A DNA stretch of 64,000 nucleotides from Gekko japonicus (GCF_001447785.1 NW_015160936.1:72333-136332); one strand, 5' to 3'. Shown: positions 12,301 to 25,677, counted from the first letter of the stretch. Notes: generated by a model from the sequence alone, not told the origin. A program made the numbers and translations.

Positions 12301-13432
12301 TCCTAAGCCACAAAGAGATGCAACATTACCTTCCTCGTACAGGCCCATCTCCCTACTAAATGTTGATTTTAAAATATTCACTTCAAGTTCAGCAAGATGT
12401 GTAAATACTTTTATCACTAAATATATATTTACCAGATCAAGTTGGCTTTGTGCCAGGATGTGATTTAATAGACAATACACATAAAGTTCTTAATATTTTA
12501 AACTTCACTAAAATTTTAAATAAATGGTTTTGGTTTTGCTGGATATAGAGAGCATTTGATTATTTAGAATACCATATTTAAAAGTCCTACTTACCAACAT
12601 GGGATTTGGAAAAAGATTGTTATCAGTTATCTCTGCTATTTATGAAAAAAACAAGTTTCCTTGAAGATAAACAGTACTTACTTTGATAACTTTGTTACCT
12701 TAGAAAGAGGCAAGACAGGGTTCTCCATTCTCACCATTACTATTCATGTTAGCTATAGAACCTTTAGCTACAATGATTAGAAAAGCAAATGACATCAAAG
12801 GGATTGAAATGGGAGAGAAAGAATGCTAACTTACCTTATTTGCTAATGATATGTTATTATTCCTTTTAAAACCTGTTGAATCACTAATGTTTCCGCAAAA
12901 TATCTATCAGGAGTTCATTGAAGTCTCAGGTCTGCAAATAAACCAAATGAAAACTAAATTCATGCCAATAAACTTAGCTCAGACTCAGAAAGGGAATATT
13001 AAAATGTTATTTCAGTTTCAGATATTTACCTACCATATCTTCGAATAAATATCCAACAAATCTGAATGATCTGCTAATTTACAGCCATAGTAAAACATAC
13101 AAAGAACTTACGGCACAAATTCAAAAATGGGAAAAATTCTCCCTATTGTGGGTAGATAGATATAGTTTAGCAAAAACTTTTTTATTACCGAACTTTCTTT
13201 TTTGAGCCATCCTTCTGGCCATTACAGCTACACAAATCAAAGAATGGCAAAATATGTTGAGCAACTTTTTATGGGCACAAAAAAGGCATAGAATACAATC
13301 ACTAATGTTATATGGACGATCTAAAATAGGAAGTATACATTTCCCCAATGTTTAAGAATATTACATTGCTACCCATCTAGCTAAAATAATTTCAGTGTTA
13401 AAAGATTAAAATATACCAGATTGAATATTTGT

Positions 13433-13510
13433 CCACTGTGTGACAGAGTGTTGGACTGGATGGGCCATTGGCCTGATCCAACATTGGCTTCTCTTATGTT
13501 CTTATGTTCT
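13433..13510 (+). mobile_element. CR1 3'-end fragment nested in the L1 ORF2
   Basis: GTGTTGGACTGGATGGGCC...GATCCAACA...(TTCTTATG)n tail; reverse complement of 34936-35020. Confidence 0.75.
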
Positions 13511-16164
13511 CTTCTATTAAAGGAATATACTCAACCACACAATATTATAGATGTAATTTGGCAGGAACAAAAAATAGGTCACCAAGAATTCAACAGAATA
13601 GCCTGCTTACTGTCTCCTTGCACATCAGGGACTGTTTAAGAGCAAAGTTAGTCCCTGAAATATCTAGATTCTCCTACATCCTTGGTCAATCATGGTACCC
13701 CGCTGGGCAGCACACAAAAGATTATCAAATGTGGCAAGAAGCAATCATTACAAAATTAAAAGATTTAACTGTAAACAAACAGGTTACAGACAAAATTACT
13801 TTAGAACTTAAGTTAGGCACAGCAATATCATGGTACCATTATTTTCAAATCAACCATCTGTGTTCTTATATAAAGCTTCCTTTGATAATGAGACAACCAT
13901 TAACACCTTTTGAATTAATTATCCAAAATGCAATGAAAACAAGAAAGATGTTATTTCCAAAATATACCAGATTCTTGATAACCTGGAGGAAGAGAAACTA
14001 GTTACATATCAGAAAAAATGGCAAAAAGTGTATGACGAAGCTTACCAAGGACTTGTGGTCCAAAATATGGAACAGCTATGAGAGCAACTCACCCATAATA
14101 GCACTTAAACTACAAAAATTCAAAATCATGAAACACTGGTATCTCACTCCCTTGCAATTATCCTATATCTCTCATAACTGTCAGCCCTACTACAGTTGGA
14201 AAAAATGTACAGAAATCAGATCTTATTTACACTGCTGGATTTACTGTCCAAACATCAAAACATTTTGGGAAGAAATATTGGAATGAGTGCAGAAAATTAC
14301 TGGGTATATAATTCCCTTGAAACCAGAATCACTTCTCCTGAACCTCAGATTCGATACCGCAATGACCTTTACTAAAAAAACAAAAACAAAAAACAGTTGC
14401 ATTATTTGCTGCTAAAACAGCCATAGCAACTAAATGGAAATTGGAACAAAGACATGAATTAAAATTATGGCATACTAAACTATGGAACCTATACATCATG
14501 GCAAAATTAACAGATATGGTAAGACCAGTAGATACTGATACAAATTATAGTGAAGTCATCATAACTATATGGTTTCCAGTTGTAACTTACTTTGCATCCC
14601 AAAGAGAAATACTGACTGTAGTAGATACAATGCATCTTTGGTAAACAACAGTGTTTTGCATTTTTGCCTCTGTAAAGCACAATTTTTAAATCTTTTTATA
14701 TGAATATTGTATATATGTTTGAAAGAATGTTTTATAGTTGTATTATTAATACTATTACATATTGTAAAATTAATAAAAACTTTATTAAAAATTATCCTAG
14801 CCAATAAATAGGCCAGTACTGCTTTGGCTAGTAATTGGTGTTATCTTAAAGCTTGAAATGCCTAGACAGGTTTACCCAGTAGGTTTCTCTCTCCTTGTCC
14901 CGTAAAACATCAGTATTGTTCTATTGATTCAGACCTACCCATCTGAATCTACAATTTCCACCGTAAGCAACTTCCATTACAAAACCCTTTAAAACACGAA
15001 GAACATAATGCGGGGTGGGGTGGGGGAACAAATATGCACAAAGCCACTTTAAACAAGATTTCTATTAAACTTGCACGAATACATTGATCGTGTATCTCTA
15101 AAAGAAGATGGATGGAATTTACAGCATCTCGGGGACGGGAAACAGAAGTGGGGGAAAGGCCCTGCTTGAAAACATTATCCTAAACAAGTTATAAAAAGCC
15201 CTTCTGACATAGGATTATAATGCAACAGTTTAAGGAATGTAATAGCACATACCAGGTTAGCGCAATCTGAATCTCTATTTTTGCATAGGATTAGAGCACT
15301 GATGTTTTATGTCAGAACTAGAGTCTGTTCTTGTGCCATTTTCTAGGTCCATAATGTCTCTATCTTCCCTTAGGAACAACACAACAGTTGGTATATGAGG
15401 GGTGGGTGTGTTCTGCACATGTGGAAAAGTGCAGGAGTTTCTCTGAATTCTAATTGGATTTCACATTGGGTACTGAAGGACCCATGTTATTTATGCTAAA
15501 AAATGGCTGTGCTGTATAGGATGCTAGTTTGTGCACTAGTAAAAAGATACTCATCTTGCACTCCACTTGTGCAGTGAGCAGTCTTCTCCCCAATACAAAT
15601 AAAAGGAACTCTGTCAGATTAGTTGTGTCACTGTGACTGTGTAGCTGTGCTATTCTCTATAAGGCTTGAGACAAATGGAATCCTGGCTTTGAATCCTAAG
15701 CCTTGCTTTTATTTCTACTTCTCTTTGTCTGTAGCTGAGACTATTCTCTACTGCATAGTACATTTTAGCACATTGCTAAGACTTGGTCTTGCATGAATGG
15801 GCACTCCTAATGCCATAGGAATGTGCTCTGCAGCAGAAGACCACTTCCATCACAAGAAAGGGTGCAGTTTGATCCGAAGGCTTACTAGGAAATCCTTTGC
15901 CTCCCCCCAATTGTCAAGGCTTTCAATCAGTGAAAACTCTAGATTGGTAAGGGGGCGGGAAACAGTACAAGGCAAGACATCTGCTAGAAATTTGCCATTA
16001 TCTCTGGCTGGTTTGTCCCTTTTGGGGGGCAATGGCTCAATAAATGGGCCTCGTGTTACAAACCCAAGGTACAAAAGGAGATTTCTAGTAAGCTCAGGAA
16101 AAGGTTTGTTGAAACTCCACTTGAGTCCCAGTGTTTTTTGATAATAGTCTTCAGAGCCCTGTGG

Positions 16165-16331
16165 TGGTAGTGGAAAGTGCCATCAAGTCACACCCTACTT
16201 ATGGGGAGTTCAAGGCAAGAGACATTCAAAGGTGATTTGGTATTGCCTTCCTTTGCTTCCTTGATGGTCTCCCATCCAAATAATAACCAGGGCTGACTCT
16301 GTTTAGTTTCTGAGATCGGGCTAGCCTGGGC
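16165..16331 (-). mobile_element. 5S rRNA-derived SINE (SINE3 / 5S-Sauria-like)
   Basis: Reverse complement contains a 5S-like GGTTATTATTTGGATGGGAGACC head (box C region). Four related copies in the window. Confidence 0.7.
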
Positions 16332-17170
16332 TCTGTACATGATGGCAAATACAAGCCAAATCAATAGTGTGCATACATGTTCTCTTGTTTCAGTAAAAAT
16401 ACTTGGGCATAAATTATTTTAATTATAGGAGTTTTACTGTGCTTTTGATAGAAAAACTGGTTCCCTGATCAACTTACTGCAATTAAAAACAGTTACAAAC
16501 ACAATATAAATGATGGTGCTCAGAAAAGTGGTTCTTAGTGAGGCCTGGGCCCAAGCATGATGGACTGGCTGTTTCCTCTGGCATGAGATTAGTAACTGAG
16601 AATGAATTTCAGGTAGAGATGCTCAACTAAAGGGTAAGTTTAAAAATGTATAGTTGTGCTTCATAGAGAAAAAAGTACTGAGCGTATAAATCATTCAATG
16701 CTAATGGTTTGAACTACATACTCTTGACCAATTGATCCTGCATTATGGGGCTTTAAAAAGATTGAAAACTCCTAAGGTATAAGTAAAAGAAATGAGAGCA
16801 ATGAATAGTAGAGGTTATGAAAATCTGGTACTTTGATAACAGTGCTATAAACAATTTAAGAGATTCCCAGTGCAAACACTTATATTGAGATTTGGTTTGA
16901 ACTTATGGGTCTATAACTGGATGTATTATCCAAAGAAAACGATGGGTGAGGGGATTTTTGTGTGAGGTAAATTTTCTTAGTCAACACTATATATGTGTTG
17001 TGATTACATCTACTTAAGCATTTTTCAAAGTCTGTAACTGGCAGTGTTTCCAAAACAGAAACAAAAAATTCACTGGAGAGGACTTGGAATCATAATCTCT
17101 TTACAAAGTTTATTGGAGAGTTTGGTTTCCTTTTGTAGTGCCAAAGTGGATGTTGTTGCTATATTGGCTT

Positions 17171-17894
17171 TAGGGATGTGCATTCGGTTCATCCGAACCG
17201 AATGCACCCCCGAAATGGCCCATTTGGACCCCTTTCGGGCTGCTGCAGGCCAATTCAGATTCTCTGTTCTGAATCGGCTTGCCACCGAATTACGGCGGCA
17301 ATTTGGCCCCATTATATCCTATGGGCCATTGAAGTCAATGGCGAAAACATAGGGTATATTCTGGGGGCTGGAGGGGAGGGTGTTTGAGGGAGAGGCTCCA
17401 AACCCGGAGGGTAGCTGCTGGAGCCTCTCCCCAAGATACCAACCAAGTTTGAAGAACATTGGACCAGGGGGTCCAATTCTGCGGGCCCCCAAAAAGGTTT
17501 CCCCTATCCCCTCCATTCTCTATGGTTACTTTTTTCCCACCATAGAGAACAATGGAGGGGATAGGGGAAACCTTTTTGGGGGCCCGCAGAATTGGACCCC
17601 CTGGTCCAATGCTCTTGAAACATGGTTGGTATCTTGGGGAGAGGCTCCAGCAGCTCCCCTGCGAGTTTGGAGTCTCTCCCTCCAGCCCCCTCCCCTCCAG
17701 CCCCCAGAATATACCCTATGTTTTCGCCATTGACTTCAATGGCCCATAGGATATAATGGGGCTGAAATTGACATTCGGCTGGCCGAATGTACTGACGAAA
17801 CTGACATGCGGGAGTCTTACTGCCAGCCGAAATTTATTCTGCCGGTTTGGCCGAAGCCGAATGGGCCAAAGTTGTTTTTTTTTGCACACCCCTA
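17171..17894. mobile_element. Non-autonomous hAT element with a long internal inverted repeat
   Basis: TIR TAGGGATGTGCA...TGCACACCCCTA. Perfect 8-bp TSD ATTGGCTT. Internal arms 17306-17525 and 17540-17762. Confidence 0.88.
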
Positions 17895-18730
17895 ATTGGC
17901 TTATCTCTGTTCTATGGCTAGTGTTGAGAGATTGGGAGTGGTAGTAGAGAGGGCAAGTTGATACAGTGCTACTTAGCAAGGATATGGATCAGGGCAACTC
18001 CACATCTTTCGTCTAATCAATGTCTCTGATCTTGAGTACTTCCACTACTGTGTATAAAGCTTCTGCTGTTGCTATACTAGGAAGGCTGCTTTGCATCACT
18101 TAGCACTTAAGGTTGCCATGCTGCATCAATCCTTGCTGCACGTACTCAAAAGTCTCAGCTGCTTTACCTTTCTTCAGTACTAAGAAGCTGCATTCCTTCC
18201 TAGCTGACTACGGGTGTCCCATCCTAAACTCCTTGTGGTAGCATTTGCACTGAAAAACCATGACTCCAGATGATCTCAATATGGCTTCTGCATCACAAAT
18301 ACTACTGCCTTTTCCTGCAAGCTTTTCTTTTGCTGCCCAGCAGTGCAGTTTTGCATTTTAGCAAAATGCTGGTAATAGCAGGTGGGATGGATATGGAGCG
18401 AGGATTTGTATGTTACATGGACTGAACCTTGGTGTTCTCTGTGCACACAGACTAACTGAAGCCACTGTGGGGTCACTTTTAAAGACATGATCGGTGTGGC
18501 CCAAGGAGCAGCTCTTTCACTGCTAATATACCAGCTATTGGCTTAGATAGGAAACAAAATCAACCATACATTTTAGATACCTTTGGGTGGGATAAACATA
18601 CCTTCCTCCCTAACTAGCTACTAAATTACAACTCACTTACCTTCCCTCATACAATGTGATGGGAGCCTGTCCACCTCTCATTAACATTACCTGATGTTCT
18701 GTTCATTTATCATGCTAATGCAGTAGTGAG

Positions 18731-18944
18731 GAGGGGCTCCGGCTCAGTGGCAGAGCATTTGCTTGGCATGCAGAAGGTCTCAAGTCCAATCCTTGGCATT
18801 TCCAGCTAAAAGGATCAGTTAGTAGGTGATGTGAAAGACCTCTGCCTGAAACCCTGGAGAGCTGCTGCCTGCCTGAGTCGACAATGCTGACCTCAATGGA
18901 CCAAAAGTCTAATTCAGTATAAGGCAGCTTCATGTGTTTGTGTT
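18731..18944 (+). mobile_element. tRNA-derived squamate SINE (Squam2 / Anolis-SINE2-like)
   Basis: A-box GGCTCAGTGG, B-box-like segment, CCCTGGAGAGCTGCTGCC body and CAGTATAAGGCAGCTTCATGTGTT tail. Other copies at 22830, 32000 and 51438. Confidence 0.75.
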
Positions 18945-20109
18945 CTTGAGCAATGTGCCACAAATCAGCACTGCAGTACTGAGAGTGTGCCATTCAGATG
19001 TGCTCTGCAGTACCGTGCAGTCGCAGCTGTGCCTTGTGAGTACTTTGCTTCTAGTCTTCTAAGTCCAGAGAACAGGCCCTAGTATGAAAGGGGCAGCCAA
19101 TACAGGTCTGATACTGTGTCAACGCCTGACATCAGGCCTTCTTTTCCAGATATTCTACAACACCCCTGGTGTCTGTGTCCTTTGTGGTGCCTGTGGTGCA
19201 GGTTGGCTGCTCATCCTTAAATGCAATGGAGCTTGAGACTAAGATTCTACCCCGACACAGTGCCTTTGCTGCCCCCACATACTCCCACTCCACTTTTTAC
19301 CTGTAGTGCCTTTAATACCCTTGTCAACTATGACTTAATGGGTTGTCTGTAACCAACTATTGCTTCCAAATGAAAAAGCTATAATTCCCCACAGGAAGCA
19401 TCTGCTCTTGTTATCTCCCTCTCTCCCTTCTCCACACACTATTTTGTTCAGCATGCTGGTTCCCAATCACTAAGGATGAACAGTTGCTCTCTTTAATGCA
19501 TACAAAACAAATTGTACCTTCAAACTGAGCCTTTAGACAGGTAATCCCAGCATATTTGTAGAACACAGCATTATTCAGGTGCCCCTGAAAGCTCTAATAA
19601 AACAGAATAAGCTCACTGGGACTCATCCAGTTTCTCCAGTAAAAGACTTCTAGCCTCTTTGGCATTATGCCAGTCTACTTGGAACAGCCTAAACTGAATG
19701 ACACATCCAGTCACTATCTTAGCCTAACCTATCTTACCGGGTTTTGTTGTGAAAACCATGGAGGGTGAGGAGGGATGGGGAGACCAGGTACACTGTGCTG
19801 ACCACATTCAAGGAAAGGAGGCAGGCATATAAATATGAACAAAGGGAAAACAATGTATGGCACACATGATAATGACTTCTTAGTGTATGTGATCTCAAAA
19901 AGCAAGTAATTTGGTTTCAGTATGATGTTGGGTTAGGTCTGGGTAGTATAACAGGGAAGGTGGTGCAAAAACCGTCTTTGTCTGGGGGTCCATAGCAGCT
20001 CCCAGGCAGTCCTGAAACTTGCTAAGGAGAGTTAATTTGAACTGCAGTATTAAGAGGGAAAATAACTGATCCCATGGTAGCTCTGAAATACAGGGGCAGA
20101 AGGTCATGT

Positions 20110-20612
20110 GCCTGATTGACATCTCAAAAACAGGTATATTGCCAAAACCAACACTGGAACAAAAAAAACTCCATAAGATACCATGGTACTTCTACTTCCA
20201 GCTGGACCACCTGTTAATGCACCTACATCTGAGCACTTCCTGGTCTGAATTTGAATGTCTTCTAGGCAGCTCAGACTCTGGATGTAAAGGTCTAATCATG
20301 AAAATATACAGCTTACTACTCCATCAAACCAACTCTAAACTTTTGAGCTACCAACTTTCATGGGAATGCGACTGCAAAATCACCTTCACAGAAGATCAGT
20401 GGTCTGACATGGGAATGCGACTGCAAAATCACCTTCACAGAAGATCAGTGGTCTGACATCTGGTCATCAACCTTAACGGGCACCTCCTCTGCAAACACCC
20501 AGCTGCCAGTGTACAAGATCCTAAGGAAATGGTACCTCACCCCAAAGAGGCTAGCATTAATAACATCCTCATACTCACCACTCTGCTGGAAGGGGTGCGG
20601 TGAAGTGGGCTC
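20110..20612 (+). mobile_element. L1 ORF2 3' fragment
   Basis: IPWYFYFQL...WECDCK...YKILRKWYLTPKRL...PLCWKGCGEVG (zinc-knuckle region), homologous to 13800-14250. Confidence 0.7.
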
Positions 20613-20619
20613 CTGTGCA

Positions 20620-21220
20620 AACCTTCACATTGAAAGTGGTCTCCCTTATTCTTTATGGCTCAGCTATTTGGATCAAAGCTATCTCTGATAATATTGATCA
20701 ATCTCTGGCCCCGTTCTTAAGAAAAATACTGAATGTCCCCTGTTGTATATCAATGTTGTACTGCAGGCAGAATTTGGACAAATATCCCTGGAAGCAAGAG
20801 CCTGGCTCTATGCCCTCAAACTGAGACTAAAATTGTTCTGAGCTGAAGATGGCTTGCTAGCCGCTCTGAAATGGGATACCCACAAATCAATATGGATGAA
20901 AGCCCTGGATGAGAAATTAACTTTAGTTGGAATGTCGGCTAATCATATTTCTGATATGGGCAAATCCAAAGTGTTTTCTTTGATCAAAAAGTGTGCCCTA
21001 GAAACTGATTACAGCAGTTTGATCTTAAGAGCCCACCAAGTTTGCTCACCCCTGTCTTTTGGTCTCCCCCCAAAAAAAAACTTTACACCCCCCCATATGT
21101 ATTATCTTACTATCCCATGATACTGCAGAACTTTCTTATTCACAAGATTGAATATTATGCCCTCAATGGTTCTACAGGGGAGATGTCTGAATAGGCCTTA
21201 TTCCGATAGAATTTGCCCCC
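20620..21220 (+). mobile_element. LINE ORF2 3' fragment (RTE-X-like)
   Basis: LILYGSAIW...FLRKIL...RLNIMPS..GR...PYSDRICP remnants; same family as 37750-38400. Confidence 0.55.
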
Positions 21221-21266
21221 CTTCTTTTTTGAGAATATAAGGGATCATTATATTAAGCCTCTAATT

Positions 21267-22480
21267 CAGGGGTGTCAAACTTAAGGCCCGATGCCTGGAA
21301 GTGGCCCACCCATGGCTTTAATCAGGCTCGCAGCTGTTTTCATCCTCCCTCCTACCCCTCCTGTCCTAACCCTTTGAAGCTGGAGGCTGCCGGAGTTCCT
21401 GNNNNNNNNNNNNNNNNNTGCAAAGTTACAAAGAAAATATGGAATGGATTTTTCCATTAAGGTCTCTGCACCCAGATAGACTAGACTGGAATTGTTTCCA
21501 GCAATAGAAACAGTGCTCTGGGACTGGAATGACAGCCCCCAGAGTAGAATAACGGTCCCTAGCAATAGAATCTGTGTTCTGGGACTGGAATAACAGGGTG
21601 CACAGTGGAATGACAGCTCCTGGGAATAGCAGCATTCTGGGAATGGAATTCCAGTCTGGGGGCCCTCATTCGAATCCCAGAATGCTTCTGCTATTCCCTG
21701 GTATTGTCATTTCACTCTGGGAGCTGTCATTCCAGTCCCAGAGTAGTCTGTCTGGGCCCAGAGACCTTAACGGGAAATCCATTCTGCATTTTCTTTGCAA
21801 CTTTGTCTGTGCTGCCATGCATTTCAGTGACGTGGAGCTCAAGAAGTTTCACTTTCCAGTGTTTGTATAGTTGCAGCTGTTGTTTGCTGGAGTTGTTTCC
21901 TTGCAAATACAGGGTTGATGTTTTGAGCCAGCTTGTCTCTGCTGAATAGTCCTGAGAAGGGGTGCCTGAGTGAGTACTCTAACCTGGGAACCAGCCAAAG
22001 GGGGACGTTACACTGGAGAGCTGCCACTCTGAGTAGACCTTGGGGGGGGGGGGGGGGGAGGAAGAAGCTTGCAATGCCCAGCCATTTTATGTTCCTAGGC
22101 TCAGAGCATTTAATATTTTTAGTTTATATTTTTAGTTTCTGCTGTGATTCTTGTGCTTTTTCTTGATGTTTTATTTTAAAAATTGCATTGCCAAACCACA
22201 CTATTCCCCAACCATTCCATTTTAGGCAGGCATCTTTTTTGTGGGGGGAGGCTTGGAAGGTGTCAGTTATCAAAGACTGTTTAATAAACAAAATATTGCA
22301 AGAGTTTTAAGCATATTTGTATTTTAAGTAAAAAATTATATCTTTAATTGTGTTCGTCTCTTTTATAAAGTTTATATCTCTGCTACCTGGCGTTACATTT
22401 TATGACACACATGGCCTGACCCCACAAATTCCTATTTATGTCAGTCCCGGCCCTTGTAACAAATGAATTCGATACCCCTG
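21267..22480. mobile_element. hAT-Charlie-like non-autonomous element with a nested palindromic repeat (21419-21805) and a small gap
   Basis: TIR CAGGGGTGTCAAACT...GAATTCGATACCCCTG. Degenerate TSD CTCTAATT/CGCTATTT. Confidence 0.6.
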
Positions 22481-22829
22481 CGCTATTTAATCAGTCATCC
22501 CCTTGCACTTTGCAAACTGTTTCCTTTGCTTAGTGATAAGGATCCTAAGATCACTCTGGCAATAGCAAAATTTGTTTGTCCTTTTAGCCCTTGTGTCCAA
22601 AAATGAGGAATGATTGTGGGCACTCCTTTAGGGTATGAATTGCTGAGAGAACTGTTTGGCCCAGGCATGCTTCTTGGAATCCCCTCTCTTATACTAAATG
22701 TCACAGACGGGCAAAACATTCATGACTATGGCCTTCCTTGTCCAGCTGAAAGAAGCGCCGTCTGAAGTAGGAACCAATTCTTTCTCTTCTTGTTTGCCAG
22801 TCACTGCCCGCTGCTCACTGTTGCTTTTA

Positions 22830-23000
22830 CACATGTGCATACATACAAAGTCTTATACTAAAGCAGACCATCAGTCCATCAAGGTCAGTATTGTCTACTC
22901 AGACTGGCAGCAGATCTCCAAGATCTCAGGCAGAGGTCTTAAACATCACCTACTGCCTGCTCTGCCTGATCCTTTTAACTGGGATTGAACCTGGGACCTT
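22830..23000 (-). mobile_element. Squam2-like SINE
   Basis: Reverse complement of the 18731-18944 body and tail. Confidence 0.7.
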
Positions 23001-23363
23001 TTGAAATACCTTGGTTCCAAAATATGTAGTCAAATTCTGCCTCCAAGGCGTTTTCAGTAGATTAACCCAGCTGCTTATTGGAAGAGAGGTACCTTGCTGT
23101 AAGAGGAAAGAGAGCTCAGAGTTTCTCCTAATCAGCAGGATGGTGCCATCTTGCCATGGACTGATGGGAAGTGGAATGGTTCAGCTTGGTCCACTTAAAA
23201 CCATGTTAACCAGCAGACGTCCACTGTGTGTCTTGGTTAAATGTGAGTACAAGTAGAGATTGAAGCTATTCTAAACATTTGCAGTAGAAAACTCTTCAGC
23301 ACTATTGTATGTTACTTGTTTTCAGGAAGTAAAACTACTCCCCCCCCCTTTCTCTCCCCTTAG

Positions 23364-23465
23364 GAGCAGCCCTCTTACACAGGATATGGTTCTCACTACT
23401 GGAATTCACAGCCCAGAGCTTCTTACCCCAATCCATATCCTGCTGGACCTGAGCTCCAAGGCCAG
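23364..23465 (+). CDS. BAG4: BAG4 coding exon 2
   Basis: cccttag|GAG...CAG|gtaaag, 102 nt, EQPSYTGYGSHYWNSQPRASYPNPYPAGPELQGQ. Confidence 0.93.
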
Positions 23466-25419
23466 GTAAAGTAATAGGGCAGTATTTTGTGAGTTTGTAA
23501 CCGAGGTTTTCCACTTTTGGAGAATGACCTTGGATGGAGCCATCTGTTTGCTGCCTAGGGAATGGACCGTGTTGCCATGCTGAAAGTTATTTTAAGTGGT
23601 ATTCATCAGAAGAACAGATCTGACTTCTGCAAGGTCTTCTGTGCTGCAGTTGTTCTGTCACTCTTAGGTGATCTGGTATTAGCATCTTGAGTGTGAAACA
23701 CTGACTCGTGATGTTGATATGATGTAAGGACCGTTACACCTGATTGTTTGCCTTGCACAGCAGACTGGAGAGTTCTTAGTCTTGTGTCTGAGTCTCTGTC
23801 TTGATTCCTGCCCTTTGTCCACCAAATCTAGTAATATCAAAAACTGTAAAACACTTCTAAAATACCTGAGAATATGGGTATAAGTGTCGTTTGTTGGTAC
23901 AGTGCAGCTTCCTCTATATGGAGTGTGTGGTGGAGGTAAGAATTGGACTACCTGAACTTATGATTGGTAGCTTTCACTTACTACTGTACTGTTCTAGCTC
24001 TCAATCTTGTCTGTTTTGCAACACTGGTCCCCCAAAAAGTGGAATGAGCCTGTGACTGCTACTCTTTTGGAAGGGCGGGACTACACATATGGTGAAAGTA
24101 GCCAAGCTTTTTCCAAGCTAGGGAAAACCCTAGAAGGTAAAAAGCATTAATTTGCATAGATGTGAACTGAAGTATCATTCTTTTCTTCCAAACAACTTAA
24201 ACAGAAAACCCTAATTTCTTCAGTTCACAGCAAGAGATTGGATAACTACAGAGAAGGGGTTAAAAACAATGTGCACAGTTCCTCTCCAGTTTAACAAATT
24301 AATGTTATCAGAATGTATTATTTTTATTTAATTCAGAATAGATCTATGTCACCTCTCCAGAGAACCTGCTGAAGGTGGTTTTTAAAAGGAATTGAGACTT
24401 TTTTTGAATTTTTTTTAATGAGACTACTCATTCAACCCAATGGCTTTGAGCAGTATCACACTAAGAAAATTAAAAACAATCCTAATAATCCAACTCCAGA
24501 CTCAGACTTATTGATTTATTCATATTGTTATATCTTGCTATAGCTTGGAAAAGAACTTTGCAACAGCCAAAGTGGCTTTGTGTTCACTACCTTCTAGGAG
24601 CACTCAGGTTCTCTCCAGTAGGTATATTTGCCCTTCCTTGAAGAAGCGGTAAAATCCATAATTCTCTTATATCTAACACATTCCAAGATACACACATAAC
24701 CTATTTGAATAAGGAAGCTTCTTATAGTGACTATCCATTACCTGAGAAGGTAATGCATTTAATCTGAATAACGTAAACACTCTTATTTGAATAATCATGG
24801 TGTTTACCTGAAGGTGAGGATTAAAGTGATCCCCACTAGAGGGCACTCACTGACTGAGTACAGTGGGGTTTTTTGCAGGATAATTACTTGTTCTCTGAGT
24901 AAAGTCACTGTGCACTCACCGTTGAGCATGGTACACAGTAAGTGATAGGATGACACAGTCCCAGCCTTTGCATTTGGACCTTCTGACCCCAAACTGCAGA
25001 ACTGTACAATTCAGAGATCCAGGAGGTCTAACAGTGCACTGTCTTTCATTCAGCAGAATCTGGCAGGCAGATACTAAGGGCTCTCACTATAGGACTGTTG
25101 CCTTGCTTGATTCCAAGGGAATAGTTAGTGCTGAGAGTTGCAGTAAATCTTGTATGGAAGCTATGTTGTACAGACAAAGACTGTGTGGTTTTCTATGCTA
25201 GAACTGAAGGGTGTTTTTGTCCATTTAAAAACTGTATGATCTGAAAAGGTTCAGTGGATGGGTTTCTCCAGTAACTCCCACAAAGCTATTAAAGTTACAG
25301 GAGTCATCCTTGAGCCAAGTGCTAATAATCCTAGCTACAGCTCTTGACCAGGAATTTCTGAAATGTCATAATTTGCTTACTGGGCTGATTGGTTTAAATA
25401 TCCCTTCTTTGTCTACTAG

Positions 25420-25677
25420 GGGATCGATCATTCCTATACAAATGGCGTTTATGGCACTCCATACTCAGCTCCTGGGACAGGACCTCCTCCGTATCCCAAT
25501 CTTCCACAATCAAATACCTATTATTCTACAGGGCATCCTCCTGTCCCTTATTCTACAGAGTCTCCTGGATTGTACCAATCTCAGTCACCAGCTTCCAACT
25601 GGAATTACCCCCCACCTGACTGTCCAGCAGAAGGTTCTATGGTGAGGAGGCAAGTGCCAGGATATGCCCAGCCTCCG
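25420..25677 (+). CDS. BAG4: BAG4 coding exon 3
   Basis: tactag|GGG...CCG|gtaagg, 258 nt, GIDHSYTNGVYGTPY...RRQVPGYAQPP (Pro/Tyr-rich region). Confidence 0.92.

Larger units (their letters stand above)
9130..14790 (+). mobile_element. Degenerate near full-length L1 LINE in BAG4 intron 1 (ORF1 and ORF2 with many stops and frameshifts)
   Basis: ORF1 remnants (coiled coil at about 9500; FPDLPPEAIHRRQ at about 9935). Endonuclease from about 10806 (SKSRGVVIL, DSQGRF, GSIYAPN, DAWRQ). RT motifs PGPD, SYRPISLLNVDFKIF, RQG-PFSPLLF, FANDM. C-terminal WYLTP/HCW region. AATAAA at 14772 followed by an A-rich end. The 5' end may extend to about 8524. Confidence 0.9.

Noticed and set aside
11508-14644. 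Several 60-165-aa ORFs as independent genes
   Set aside because: They are frameshifted fragments of L1 ORF2.
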